A stretch of DNA of 64,000 nucleotides from Octopus bimaculoides. Taxonomy: Eukaryota. Under the pieces are notes generated by a model that worked only from the letters and a program-made list of their open reading frames with translations, was not told the DNA's origin and did not search any database. Below are positions 51,757 to 63,160 of the stretch, one piece after another (position 1 is the stretch's first letter; the number at the start of each line of letters is the position of its first letter). A program made the translations under genes and the position numbers. Location of the stretch: assembly GCF_001194135.2 (NCBI RefSeq), contig NC_068998.1:2830939-2894938 (forward strand), written 5' to 3'.

Positions 51757-52829
51757 GCTGAATGTGTAGGTGTTCCCTGGCATTTCATTTCGTTGGTCAC
51801 ACAGTATCGGTTGATGCTTCACCAGACGCCACCCTTTAAATATATAAAGACGACATCTTAAACAATATGTCGGTCACTAAATTAACTGTAATTTGGAACT
51901 TGCTGACATTAAATGGTTTGTTTCTGTGCTTTTTTGTTTTTCTCTCCTTATATAATCAGAGTTTGGATAAAAAATACATATATTGTATAACTTTCATTTA
52001 CATTACACACACACACACATTCCGTAGTGGTTGGTGGTGGTGAAGATGACAATGATGATGTTGACAATTATGTTTCAGTTGGTCTGAAGATTCTAGAGTA
52101 ATTCCTTCTTTTTTTTTTTACTGAAACTATCAGAAGAATATCATTTGGTTTAACTCAACTCCCACCCACCCCACCGGCCTCTGTGAAAGGATGTACCCTT
52201 ATGTCAAAATTTCAGCTACCCGGGTACAAGACTGTGGGGTTTACAACTTTGGAACATACATAAGTTTACTTTGTGGTATTTGTTGTGAATCTTTACGTTC
52301 TGAGTTCAAATCCTGTTGAAGTCAACTTTACCTTTTGTCCTTCGAGCGATGGATAAAGTGAAGTACAAGGATCAGTGGTATTATAGATTAACCTCCTCTC
52401 CTGAAAAATAATGGCATTGTACTGAAATCAGGGACCAGGTGTCCAGGACACACACACACACATACATGTGCCCTCCCCCCTCAACTGGGTTCCTCTTCCT
52501 CCTCCTCTTTTTGATAGCTTTTCAATTTTACCTCCTCATCTCCCTTCTTCCACACATTATCCCACCACCTCTTCCTCTTCCTCTCATCCTCTTTGTTTCA
52601 ACTCCTTTCTTTCCTTTTTACCTTCTCCCACTTGTCCCCTTCGCTTCTATTTACTGCTTCCTACTGTCACTCTCATCTCCCCCTTCAACTCCTTTCCCCC
52701 CTCCCACAACAAAGCACCCCACTCCCTTTTATTACCTGATGATCTCATTAACAGGTTTCACTGTCTGTCCCCTCTGTGCTCCCTAGCTGTCCCCTTTTCT
52801 GAACTATGCCTTTACTACTGCTATTTGAC

Positions 52830-53040
52830 TCCAGGTCAGCCTTGATAGAGGCCACCTAGGGGAACAAAGACATTCCAACACTGACCAGTCCATCTGTTTC
52901 ATTTCAGACATAGCATAATGTACTTGTGTACCTTGGATTACATTATACTATGTCCTTTTATTTACATAGTACAATAAGGCTGTTGCTTGAGGGTGATTCG
53001 GCTACCATTTCTAGCATGTCAAACAACTCATCAGAGGTTC
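52830..53040 (+). repeat. Unclassified dispersed repeat family (caggtcagc...gatcaaag.cattcca.c..tgacca)
   Basis: Approximate copies at 4920-5040, 10500-10575(-), 12380-12520, 18715-18790(-), 21745-21945(-), 30375-30435(-), 36065-36190, 43745-43830(-), 51160-51260, 51300-51400(-), 51460-51560. Confidence 0.7.
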
Positions 53041-53362
53041 ACTTACTGTTGTGCATGTGTGTGTGTGTGTGTGATGGGGGACAGATGAGTGGGGGGGGGT
53101 CTCCATCGCTCTCCTCACCATTCAGCAGCAGCAGAAACACCCCCACCACAACCGCCACTGTTGCCACCTCCACCACCTTCTTAGTAACTGCTATCATCAA
53201 CACCTCCCTCTAAACCCCCCCATTAACTAGAGCATCACTACGTACCCCCTCCTCCTTCCTTCTGCCATTTCATTCACCTCCTGCTCCCCCTCGCTACACA
53301 CATTAATGAGGTAATTGACAATGTGTGAACTTTCACTTTTTCTCACACACACACACACACAC

Positions 53363-53680
53363 ATCTTTTATCTTTTACTTGTTTCGGTCTTTAAGCTGTG
53401 GCCATGCTGGGGCACCACCTTGAAGGTTTTCTTTTAGTTGAATGAATTGACCTCATGACCTCAGGACTTATTTTTTTTAAAGCCTGGTACTTATTCTATC
53501 AGTCTCTTCAACTGAACTGCTAAGTCAGAATGACACAAGCACATCAATACTGGTTGTCAAGTAGCGGTTGGGGACAGACACACACATGAATATACACGAT
53601 AGGCTTCTTTCAGTTTCCTTCTACTAAATCCACTCACAAAGCTTTGATCCGCCCAGGGCTATATTAGAAGACAACATCAA
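53363..53680 (-). mobile_element. OR/CORE-like SINE
   Basis: Reverse complement of the tail, middle and part of the core of the 57346 copy. Confidence 0.85.
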
Positions 53681-54779
53681 ACGTCCATCACGGCCAATCT
53701 TACTGATCGGTTTTGTGCTAGGGCTACAAAGATTTATTTTCTTTCCATATCAGCTACCTCTGATGAGTGTAGGGTTATATAATCGGATTGTTACCTCACA
53801 CTCCATCGTACCCTTGGAATTCCAGCTTGTAAAGGTTTGTGGGTGGGTGAAAGGAAAGACCTTTTCCAACGCAGCATCTTGTCTCACCACTTGTTGCTTG
53901 CGGCCCTTGTCTGTATCCCTTTCTCGAGGTTGCCCTTCATTAAATCAACTTGTATCACAGCTTCCTATGTTTTCATAAAACTCTCTCTCTCTCTCTCTCN
54001 NNNNNNNNNNNNNNNNNNNNNNNNNNNNNNNNNNNNNNNNNNNNNNNNNNNNNNNNNNNNNNNNNNNNNNNNNNNNNNNNNNNNNNNNNNNNNNNNNNNN
54101 NNNNNNNNNNNNNNNNNNNNNATATATATATATATATATATAAGAATATATAAATATATCGTTTGTAGAAGTAAACTGGCCTACCCCACTGTATATATAT
54201 AAAGATATACACACACACACACACTTATGCATATACACATAGATCCATACAGGCTACCATAAAGAGAGAGAGCCACACACATATTTAGGTACACATACAC
54301 ACACACACAACCCTATTTACCACCAGTAACATCCATAACAAAGCATTGACTTTGTGCAATTGTACTAAAACAGCAGCAGGAACAGCAGTCACAGCTCCAC
54401 CTACCGCTGCCACCACCACCACCACCACCACTACTACCACTGTCACCATCACAACTGCCACCCCCTCCTTCAGTGTGTTCCAGACTTTCAGTCAGTTGCG
54501 CTGAGCCTGCGTTGCAAGGCTCTTCTTCGTTTTCCTGGTTGTTCACTTCAGCCAAACTCCAGTCTCAACTTTTTTTTTTTTATCTATCTGTCTCTCTCTC
54601 TCTACCCATCTGCTTACCTTGATATGCATACAATGATAGAACAAGCACAAGACCCCTACGCTTCAATCTTCGATGTTAGACTGTAAGTATGTCCTTGTTG
54701 TTGTTCAGAAATGTATACCTCCATTTATTTATATACCCATTCACACATATATATGTCAACCATCTCTCACATAAATGTA

Positions 54780-54818
<39 letters not shown>

Positions 54819-55254
54819 GTGTGTTTTTATATATTCTTTATGTGTCTGTGTGTGTTACAGTGTTTTATATCTATCTATCTATCTATCGATATATATCTGG
54901 CTATCTATCTATCTACACACACATATATATATACTTTATTAAAAAGCAGCAGAAATATCAGAAAAACTGTTACTCAGAGTTTCACTTTCCCATTCATCGG
55001 ACAAAACTCTCCGACAAACGGGAGTGTGCTCCAGCATGGCCGCAGTCAAATGACTAATACAATTAAAAAGAAAGAGACTTTTTATAATCGAATGAATCCA
55101 CCCCAGTACTTTTGTTTTTCATAAGCCTGATACTTATTCTATTCGTCTCTTTTGCTGAACTACTAAGTTATGGGGACGTAAACACACCAACATCAGTTGT
55201 CAAAAAGTAGTGGGGGACAAACACAGACACAAAGACACACACACACTCACACAC

Positions 55255-55288
<34 letters not shown>

Positions 55289-55557
55289 NNNNNNNNNNNN
55301 NNNNNNNNNNNNNNNNNNNNNNNNNNNNNNNNNNNNNNNNNNNNNNNNNNNNNNNNNNNNNNNNNNNNNNNNNNNNNNNNNNNNNNNNNNNNNNNNNNNN
55401 NNNNNNNNNNNNNNNNNNNNNNNNNNNNNNNNNNNNNNNNNNNNNNNNNNNNNNNNNNNNNNNNNNNNNNNNNNNNNNNNNNNNNNNNNNNNNNNNNNNN
55501 NNNNNNNNNNNNNNNNNNNNNNNNNNNNNNNNNNNNNNNNNNNNNNNNNNNNNNNNN

Positions 55558-55620
<63 letters not shown>

Positions 55621-56099
55621 TACATACATACATACACACACACGTGTTGTATGCTATTTTTATGTTGTGTATATTGAACTTTGTGATTTTTCCTGTTGTT
55701 AATATTGCCTTATCACTATAGCAGTTAATGGTGTTGACAACGGTGATAATGATGATGCTGGTGATGTTAGTGATGGTGATAGTGGTGATAATAGTGGCTG
55801 TGGTAATGATGAGGGTGGTGGTGGTGGTACTGGTGATGATGATGATGATGATGATGACGATGATAGTGGTGTTGGTAGGGCTGATGATGGTGATGATGAT
55901 CATGATAATGATTATGCTCTGTCAAGCATGATAGAATTCATCACTGAGAAGACTAAATGATGTTGAAACACCAGTGTCTGACAATCAGTAAATGACATTT
56001 TGCACAAAGATTCTGTTTTTGAAGACTCGAGTCTCTTTTAGTAATTTCAATGCGGTAAAATATTAACAAATACTGCTTCCTATGTTTGTATAGACATGG

Positions 56100-56455
56100 G
56101 AGGAGGTGGTGAAGCATGACCTTTGAACTTTGAACCTCACAGACACAATGACTAGTGATTGAGACCTTAAGCAATGTACTCTGCTTAAGAGGACCCATCA
56201 AGCCAAGTGCACCCATGCTGGTGGCATGCAAAAAAAAATCAATTTTTGAACATTGGGCCTTGTCCCTTTTGAGCGTTGGGCCTGGGGGAGGTAAAGTGGC
56301 TGAGTTCCTTTCCAGTGTTGGGCCTCACAGAGGCGAGGTGGTTGTGTTCTTTTGAGCATTGGGCCTCATAGAGGCAAGGTGGCTAAGTCAAACTGTCCAA
56401 CCCATGCCAGCATGGGCAACGAACATTAAATGATGGTGATGATGATGATGATGAT
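56100..56455 (+). mobile_element. 5'-truncated RTE-clade LINE 3' end with (gat)n tail
   Basis: gtgaagcatgacctttgaactttgaacctcacagacacaatgactagtga is homologous to 35158+. It ends gtcaaactgtccaacccatgccagcatgg...ttaaatgatggtgatgat. Confidence 0.7.
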
Positions 56456-56599
56456 ATATGTATACACACACACACACACATATACACTCACACATACGTG
56501 TGTGTATGTGTATGTATGTACGTGTGTGTGTGTGTGTATACAATATAAAGCAACAACGTTGTGTAGTGATACAGAAACGAAAATGATTAATAATGTGTG

Positions 56600-56630
<31 letters not shown>

Positions 56631-56785
56631 ATACACACACACTCATATTATTTATACACAAATGCTTGTATGGAGAATGAAGAAGAGAGAAAGGGCAAGA
56701 TATAATGTATTGAGAGTAAGTTTGTGTAGAGATGTTTGAAATAGTTTTCTAAAGTACCACCACAGCCACGTCTTCCATCACCATC

Positions 56786-56841
56786 ATGGCTGCCGCCACC
56801 ACCACCACCACCATCTTGTCTGTGAACACGAAATTACCCAG
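56786..56841 (+). CDS. Candidate alternative first coding exon of TCTEX1D2
   Basis: atcATGG context and an in-frame upstream TAA at 56750. MAAATTTTTILSVNTKLP + AG|GTAACA ends in phase 2 and joins exon 2 in frame. Confidence 0.3.
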
Positions 56842-57345
56842 GTAACATGTGTTGAAAGCCTGAACGCCCAACCAGTTGTAACTGGGGTGCGAGAAACGAG
56901 ACAAGTATTTCTTCTTCTTGCTTGCATTATTGATTAGGGTGAAGAAGAGGAGGAAGAGGAAGAAGAAAGGGATATACCTGTAGCTTTCTCATTCAACCTA
57001 AGTGTGAAATGTAAAGCGGTAGGGGGAGCTGGGGGGTTGGATGGTGGTGTGGCCAGTGAGCTTAGGATAAGAATGGATTAGTAATAATTGGGTGACATTT
57101 GGTGGGGCGGGGGCCGGGAGTTTTCTTACTTTTTGGATATTTTAGGTGGGACAGAGTGTGTTTGTGTGTGGGTGGGTGTGTGTGTGTGGTGTTTGTGTGT
57201 GTGTGTGTATTCACACCTCATTTACTGCATACAGGCATTCACACTCTAGTTGCGTATATGTTCACTGAGTATTGTGTATAATGATAATGAAATTATTGTC
57301 TATAGTGCTCAGGTACATTACAAAACATCATGTATATATATATAT

Positions 57346-57730
57346 AGGTACAGGAGTGGCTGTGTGGTAAGTAACTTGCTTACCAACCACGTGGTTCTGG
57401 GTTTGGTTCCACTGCGTGGCACCTTGGGCAAGTGTCTTCTACTATAGCCTTGGGCCAACCAAAGCCTTGTGAGTGGATTTGGTAGACGGAAACCGAAAGA
57501 AGCCTGTCGTATATATATACATATATATATATGTGTGTGTGTGTTTGTCCTCCCCACCATCGCTTGACAAGCGATGTGGGTGTGTTTACATCTCCTGTAA
57601 AATAGCGGTTCGGCAAAAGAGACCGATAGAATAAGTACTAGGCTTACAAAGAATAAGTCCTGGGGTCGATTTTCTCGACTAAAGGCGGTGCTCCAGCATG
57701 GTTGCAGTCAAATGACTGAAACGAATAAAA

Positions 57731-57734
<4 letters not shown>
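57346..57734 (+). mobile_element. Near full-length tRNA-derived SINE (octopus OR/CORE-like family)
   Basis: A-box-like tggctgtgtggt, B-box region, CORE-like ggcaccttgggcaagtgtcttct, internal microsatellite, and tail aaggcggtgctccagcatgg..gcagtcaaatgactgaaac. Confidence 0.9.
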
Positions 57735-57795
<61 letters not shown>

Positions 57796-59629
57796 TGCAT
57801 TAACACATATTTATAAAAATATGTCTATGTGTAAATTAGTTTATACATACCATGTATGTTTTTTGATGGTTATCTCATGTGGTACCATATGTTTCTACTT
57901 GTGAATGTGTTTATGTGTGTGTGTGTGTGTGTGTTTGTATGTGTAATGATGTTGGTGGTGATATGTGTGTATGCATGAGTGTGTGTGTCTTACTATTTCA
58001 TTGTCCTGTTACGTCAATGTTAAATACTGTCACCTACTTTTCATGAATGACGATATATATATATATATATATATATAATAATTTGTGTGGTTTATAGCTG
58101 GTAGCTTACCGGTAAAGCACATTCGCTCCAAACACACACACACACACACACACACGTATATCCTATTATCCTATTATAAATTTGAGTGATGATTTTCTGT
58201 CTGTTACGTTTTTGTGTTCATTAATTCCTCCTAGAGCGTTGGTTAAGGACAACGAAACTCAGACCAGCAGCTCCCCTAATCCCGGGGAATGTCTTAAGGG
58301 GGCCTATTTTTTTATGGGCTGCCTAATTGGAACTGAAAAGTCCCCGTTGTTGGGTAAAAGAAAATTCCAGAGGTTCAGTTAACTATGATTTTATTCATCA
58401 TATTCTCCTCTCAGATTCACACACTTATTGCAGCGATCCTTCAGTATTTCTAAGCCCTGTAAAAGAACTTGGAAGGCTGGGCTTCCAACCAGCCCTTTCA
58501 TGATACCCTTAAAGCCAAGAGCTTTTCAGCAGCCCTCATATATATACAAAGATACATTGTGGATTATATATATTTATGTAATTATCATCATCGTTGTCAT
58601 CATCAGCATCATTATCATCATATCCATGATGATATCCATGTTCCATATATGCAGAGAGAAAGAGAGGGGCGAAATAATAACTAGTGGTTGGTGGTGGTGG
58701 TAGTGGTAGCGGTGTTGAATCTGGTGATTCTAAATAAGATTTTGTCTTGTGTCCTTTGCTGGAGACTTAATTAACGAGCTGGAGGAGGAGGTTGTAGTGG
58801 TGGTGGTGGTGGTTGTGGTGGTGGTGGGAGCATCGAAGAGACAACCACCATCGATGCCACAAGTCACCCTCTCCTCCCTCCAACGATCTCTTTTCTGTAT
58901 GGCCGAGCCTCTCCCCACCCTCATGTGAGGTGGATGACATGAAAGGAGGGGCGGAAGGCATTGACTTTTGTTGGCAGTGCTGTATTGCTGGTGGTGGGGC
59001 AAGGGGAGGGGAAAGGAAGGAAACAATTTTGTGAGATGCTGTTGATGATGATGATGCTGGTGCTGCATCTGTTGAAATATGTTGTCTGATGGGATCTCCA
59101 TCCATCTGTCTGACTGTCTGTCTGTCTGTCTAACGTCTGGTTGTTTGTCTCTCCATGTCTTTTTCTCTCTTTTTGTCTGTCTCTTCCCCCCCCCTCTCCC
59201 TCTCTCTCTCATTTCTATGACTTAATACTGATGTTAACCTTTAAAATTTAGGTGAACCACTTAAAAAGACAAAACAGCAACAACAATTTCGTTGTGGATT
59301 CACTTTGAATATTTTGTTAGATTTGTAGCTTTTGTTGTTGCTTCAGACTGTTATGGTTGTTGCTGCCATTGTTACTCAAGTTATTGTTGTTTGTTCTAGA
59401 TAGATACACATAGATACACATGCACACACACACACAATGGGCTTTCCACAGTTTCCATGTACCAATTCCCCTCATAGTAGTTATTTAAACCTTGGGTATA
59501 CACCTGGTGGTATGCTGATTAAATCACTTTTACTGTCTGTGGCTATCTGATGTCATCTCCTCTTAAAGTTTCTGGTTTTGTACTAAAATTTCAAAGAATT
59601 ATTATTATTATTATTGATGGTACTTCTGA

Positions 59630-59848
59630 GGCAGAAATGGCGGCAGAGTTGTTTGCACATCGGACAAAATGTTTTGTGGCATTTCTTCTGCTTTTCAACA
59701 TTCTAAGTTCAGATTCCACTGAGGTGAACTTGCACGATCAATAAAAGAAGTACCAGTTGAGTACTGGGGTGAAGGGGGAGGGGTCAGTGTAATTGACTTA
59801 CTCCCCCTCCCCTAACATTGCTGGTCTTGCACCAAGATTTGAAATAAT
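59630..59848 (+). mobile_element. Nin/Deu-type SINE just upstream of TCTEX1D2 exon 2
   Basis: ggcagagttgtttgcacatcggacaaaatg...aagtaccagttgagtactggggt...ggtcttgcaccaagatttgaaa. Confidence 0.8.
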
Positions 59849-59913
59849 TTATTATTGTTGTTTTTCTTTTTCTACTTTGTTTAACAACAAAATGTGACTT
59901 TTCTGTTTTCTAG

Positions 59914-60047
59914 ATTCCAACCTCTCATAGTGAAAGAATGCATTCGCACAGTTTTGACGGAGAATCTCGCTCATAAGGAATACAGTCCAGAGACAATGGC
60001 TGAAGACACAAGAGTTTTGGTGGAATTGATTCGAAACAAAATTAAAG
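59914..60047 (+). CDS. DYNLT2B: TCTEX1D2 coding exon 2
   Basis: ttttctag|A TTC CAA...AAA G|gtgagt. Encodes FQPLIVKECIRTVLTENLAHKEYSPETMAEDTRVLVELIRNKIK, the Tctex-1 helical region. Phase 2 in, phase 1 out. Confidence 0.95.
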
Positions 60048-60964
60048 GTGAGTCATTTATNNNNNNNNNNNNNNNNNNNNNNNNNNNNNNNNNNNNNNNN
60101 NNNNNNNNNNNNNNNNNNNNNNNNNNNNNNNNNNNNNNNNNNNNNNNNNNNNNNNNNNNNNNNNNNNNNNNNNNNNNNNNNNNNNNNNNNNNNNNNNNNN
60201 NNNNNNNNNNNNNNNNNNNNNNNNNNNNNNNNNNNNNNNNNNNNNNNNNNNNNNNNNNNNNNNNNNNNNNNNNNNNNNNNNNNNNNNNNNNNNNNNNNNN
60301 NNNNNNNNNNNNNNNNNNNNNNNNNNNNNNNNNNNNNNNNNNNNNNNNNNNNNNNNNNNNNNNNNNNNNNNNNNNNNNNNNNNNNNNNNNNNNNNNNNNN
60401 NNNNNNNNNNNNNNNNNNNNNNNNNNNNNNNNNNNNNNNNNNNNNNNNNNNNNNNNNNNNNNNNNNNNNNNNNNNNNNNNNNNNNNNNNNNNNNNNNNNN
60501 NNNNNNNNNNNNNNNNNNNNNNNNNNNNNNNNNNNNNNNNNNNNNNNNNNNNNNNNNNNNNNNNNNNNNNNNNNNNNNNNNNNNNNNNNNNNNNNNNNNN
60601 NNNNNNNNNNNNNNNNNNNNNNNNNNNNNNNNNNNNNNNNNNNNNNNNNNNNNNNNNNNNNNNNNNNNNNNNNNNNNNNNNNNNNNNNNNNNNNNNNNNN
60701 NNNNNNNNNNNNNNNNNNNNNNNNNNNNNNNNNNNNNNNNNNNNNNNNNNNNNNNNNNNNNNNNNNNNNNNNNNNNNNNNNNNNNNNNNNNNNNNNNNNN
60801 NNNNNNNNNNNNNNNNNNNNNNNNNNNNNNNNNNNNNNNNNNNNNNNNNNNNNNNNNNNNNNNNNNNNNNNNNNNNNNNNNNNNNNNNNNNNNNNNNNNN
60901 NNNNNNNNNNNNNNNNNNNNNNNNNNNNNNNNNNNNNNNNNNNNNNNNNNNNNNNNNNNNNNNN

Positions 60965-61000
<36 letters not shown>

Positions 61001-61501
61001 TATATATAAGAAATAAGTAGTTTTGTAATTAACATAACTTACTAAATAACTTTAACAGATTTATATTAAACCCATCTTGTAAACAGTGCAAATATATTAT
61101 ATTAAAGTAGTCTTGTAATTAACATAATTTATTATATAATATGAACAACCTTATATAAAATTAGTCTTGCATATAACACTATTACATAACATTAACAGCC
61201 TTCTATCGAAGACTTTTAAAACAACACAGTCTCATATATATTACTTACATTAGTCTTGGAATTAACATAATTTATTAAATGACACTAATATACAATTACA
61301 TATATTTATATAAGTGTGTGTGTGTGTGTGTGAAATTGATAAAACAAATACAATTTCTGATAAAAATTTAGTTTCATCTTGATTAAAATAACACCACTCC
61401 CACTCAATTTGATGTTTTAGTTTCCCTCAACCAGCATGACTGAAATGAAGCTAATTGTGTTTTATTATGTGTAAGATATGTATGTATAAATTCTGTTTCA
61501 G

Positions 61502-61571
61502 ATTTAGCCTATGATCGATACAAAATCATTGTACAAGTTTATATTGGAGAATACAGAGGTCAGGGTATCAA
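61502..61571 (+). CDS. DYNLT2B: TCTEX1D2 coding exon 3
   Basis: ttctgtttcag|AT TTA...ATC AA|gtgagt. Encodes DLAYDRYKIIVQVYIGEYRGQGI(K), the hallmark Tctex-1 motif DRYKxxVQVxIGExRGxG. Confidence 0.96.
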
Positions 61572-62129
61572 GTGAGTACATCTCTTTGATTTGTTATTAT
61601 TATTGGGGATGCATGGCCTAGTGGTTATAGTGTTGTACTCACGATCACTAGACCGTGGTTTCAATTCCTAGACTGGGTGGTGCATTGTGTTCTGGAGCAA
61701 AACACTTCATCTCACGTTGCTCTGTGATCACTTTGACACCTGACGTGTGGCACACCTGTGTGCACCTGTTCATAAAATATTGATTTGATGGAGCAAGAGT
61801 GAGCTAATAATGTGAAACATGTTGCATGGGGCCAAATCAAACTGGTTTAAATAATGTATACTGAGAGAGAGAGAGAGAGAGAAAGAGTAATGGAGATAAA
61901 CACAGCTCAGCTTAATATAAATATATTTGCATGGAGCACACAAGATACAAAATGAAATATGAAGAAAATATGTAATTAACTTGACATCTGTTTCAGGAAG
62001 CCCAGACTCATGTCATAATGATTATTCCTGAAAAAGCTGTTGAGATAAGAAATCGTTTTATTCGGTAATTTTTTTTCTTTGTGCTCTATGTAACATTGCT
62101 TTTTTTTCTTTTATTTTCTTTTTTTATAG

Positions 62130-62193
62130 GATAGCAAGCCGGAAGTTCTGGGATGCTGACACAGACAACTTTGCTGTGGATGTTTATACAAAT
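62130..62193 (+). CDS. DYNLT2B: TCTEX1D2 coding exon 4
   Basis: Long T tract tag|G ATA...AAT|gtaagt. Encodes IASRKFWDADTDNFAVDVYTN, matching the ASRxFWDADTDN motif of TCTEX1D2. Confidence 0.96.
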
Positions 62194-62234
62194 GTAAGTA
62201 TGTGTTTATGTGTGTATACATATATATATATATT

Positions 62235-62331
62235 TCTTTATTGCCCACAGGAGGCTAAACATAGAGGTGATAAACAAGGACAGACAAAGAGATTAAGTCG
62301 ATAACATCGACCCCAGTGCGTAACTGGTACT
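62235..62331 (-). mobile_element. Nin/Deu-type SINE 3' fragment just downstream of TCTEX1D2 exon 4
   Basis: Minus strand agtaccagttacgcactggggtcgatgttatcgacttaatc. Confidence 0.75.
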
Positions 62332-62431
62332 GTAACAGATATTTCCTTGACACTGATTGTTTTTTTTTGGAAAAAATATATGTAAGTGAAAAATGCTTAT
62401 TTTTATTTTGTTTCCTCCTCATCTCTTTCAG

Positions 62432-62479
62432 AATTCCCTGTTCTGTGTAGCAATGGCTTGTGGTGTTTATTACTACTGA
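62432..62479 (+). CDS. DYNLT2B: TCTEX1D2 coding exon 5 (stop)
   Basis: ctctttcag|AAT TCC CTG TTC TGT GTA GCA ATG GCT TGT GGT GTT TAT TAC TAC TGA = NSLFCVAMACGVYYY*, the typical Tctex-1 C-terminus. The five exons sum to 360 nt, i.e. 119 aa plus stop. Confidence 0.95.
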   Translation, partial: NSLFCVAMACGVYYY

Positions 62480-62543
62480 TGGCACAACAACACTTCTTGT
62501 CATACACATTGGGTAAGTATATAACAACAATAACAACAATTGC

Positions 62544-62580
<37 letters not shown>

Positions 62581-62621
62581 GTATGTATATTTAATCCTGT
62601 TTTCCATTTTATCTTTTTCAG

Positions 62622-63160
62622 GATGGAATATCTTCCTTTCTCAAGCCTCGTTCTAACGAGACTTTCTTTGACACCACTCCCCTTTCCTTCTCCATCCCAC
62701 CAGTGCCTTACCAAAATTGTTCACGATGACGACCAGGACGACATCAAAGGATCAGACTGCACCAAGTCGGTCGGTCAACTTGGGAAACACAAACGTCTCT
62801 GGAGTTCCTTAAGATGAGAAGCCATCCTAATGACCGAAGTAACACCACCACCACCAACTACTGCTATCACTGCCACCACCACCATCACTACTTCCTCCTT
62901 GTGTCATCTGGATCTTAAAGCATTGTGTTGCTCTTAATCCCCCGTCACCACCACCCTTTCATGGTGCTCCCTCCCACTACACCTCTTCTGGTGAATCGTC
63001 ATGTTTACTGCTGTTCAATCATTTCCACCTCCTCCTCCTCCCCTTCTCCCTCCCTTCAGCCTGCATCCACCTCCACCACCACCATTGCTATCACCCTCAT
63101 CTGTTATTGACTTCCTTCAAGGAAATGAAATAATAAAATGTAAATAATAAAAAGAAATTG
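62622..63160 (+). other. DYNLT2B: Probable terminal 3' UTR exon of TCTEX1D2
   Basis: Donor TGG|GTAAGT at 62513, acceptor ttatctttttcag at 62621 (109 nt intron). AATAAA at 63132 and 63146, followed by GT-rich sequence. The 3' end is approximate. Confidence 0.6.

Noticed and set aside
54313-54555. Protein-like minus-strand ORF (AEVNNQENEEEPCNAG...GGGGSG)
   Set aside because: It starts at TTG, there is an upstream in-frame stop, there is no pyrimidine tract for an acceptor, and much of it is (GGT)n. Support is too weak.
20673-61035. Long ORFs (300-470 aa) in the ORF track that span N runs
   Set aside because: They are open only because N codons translate as X; these are assembly gaps.
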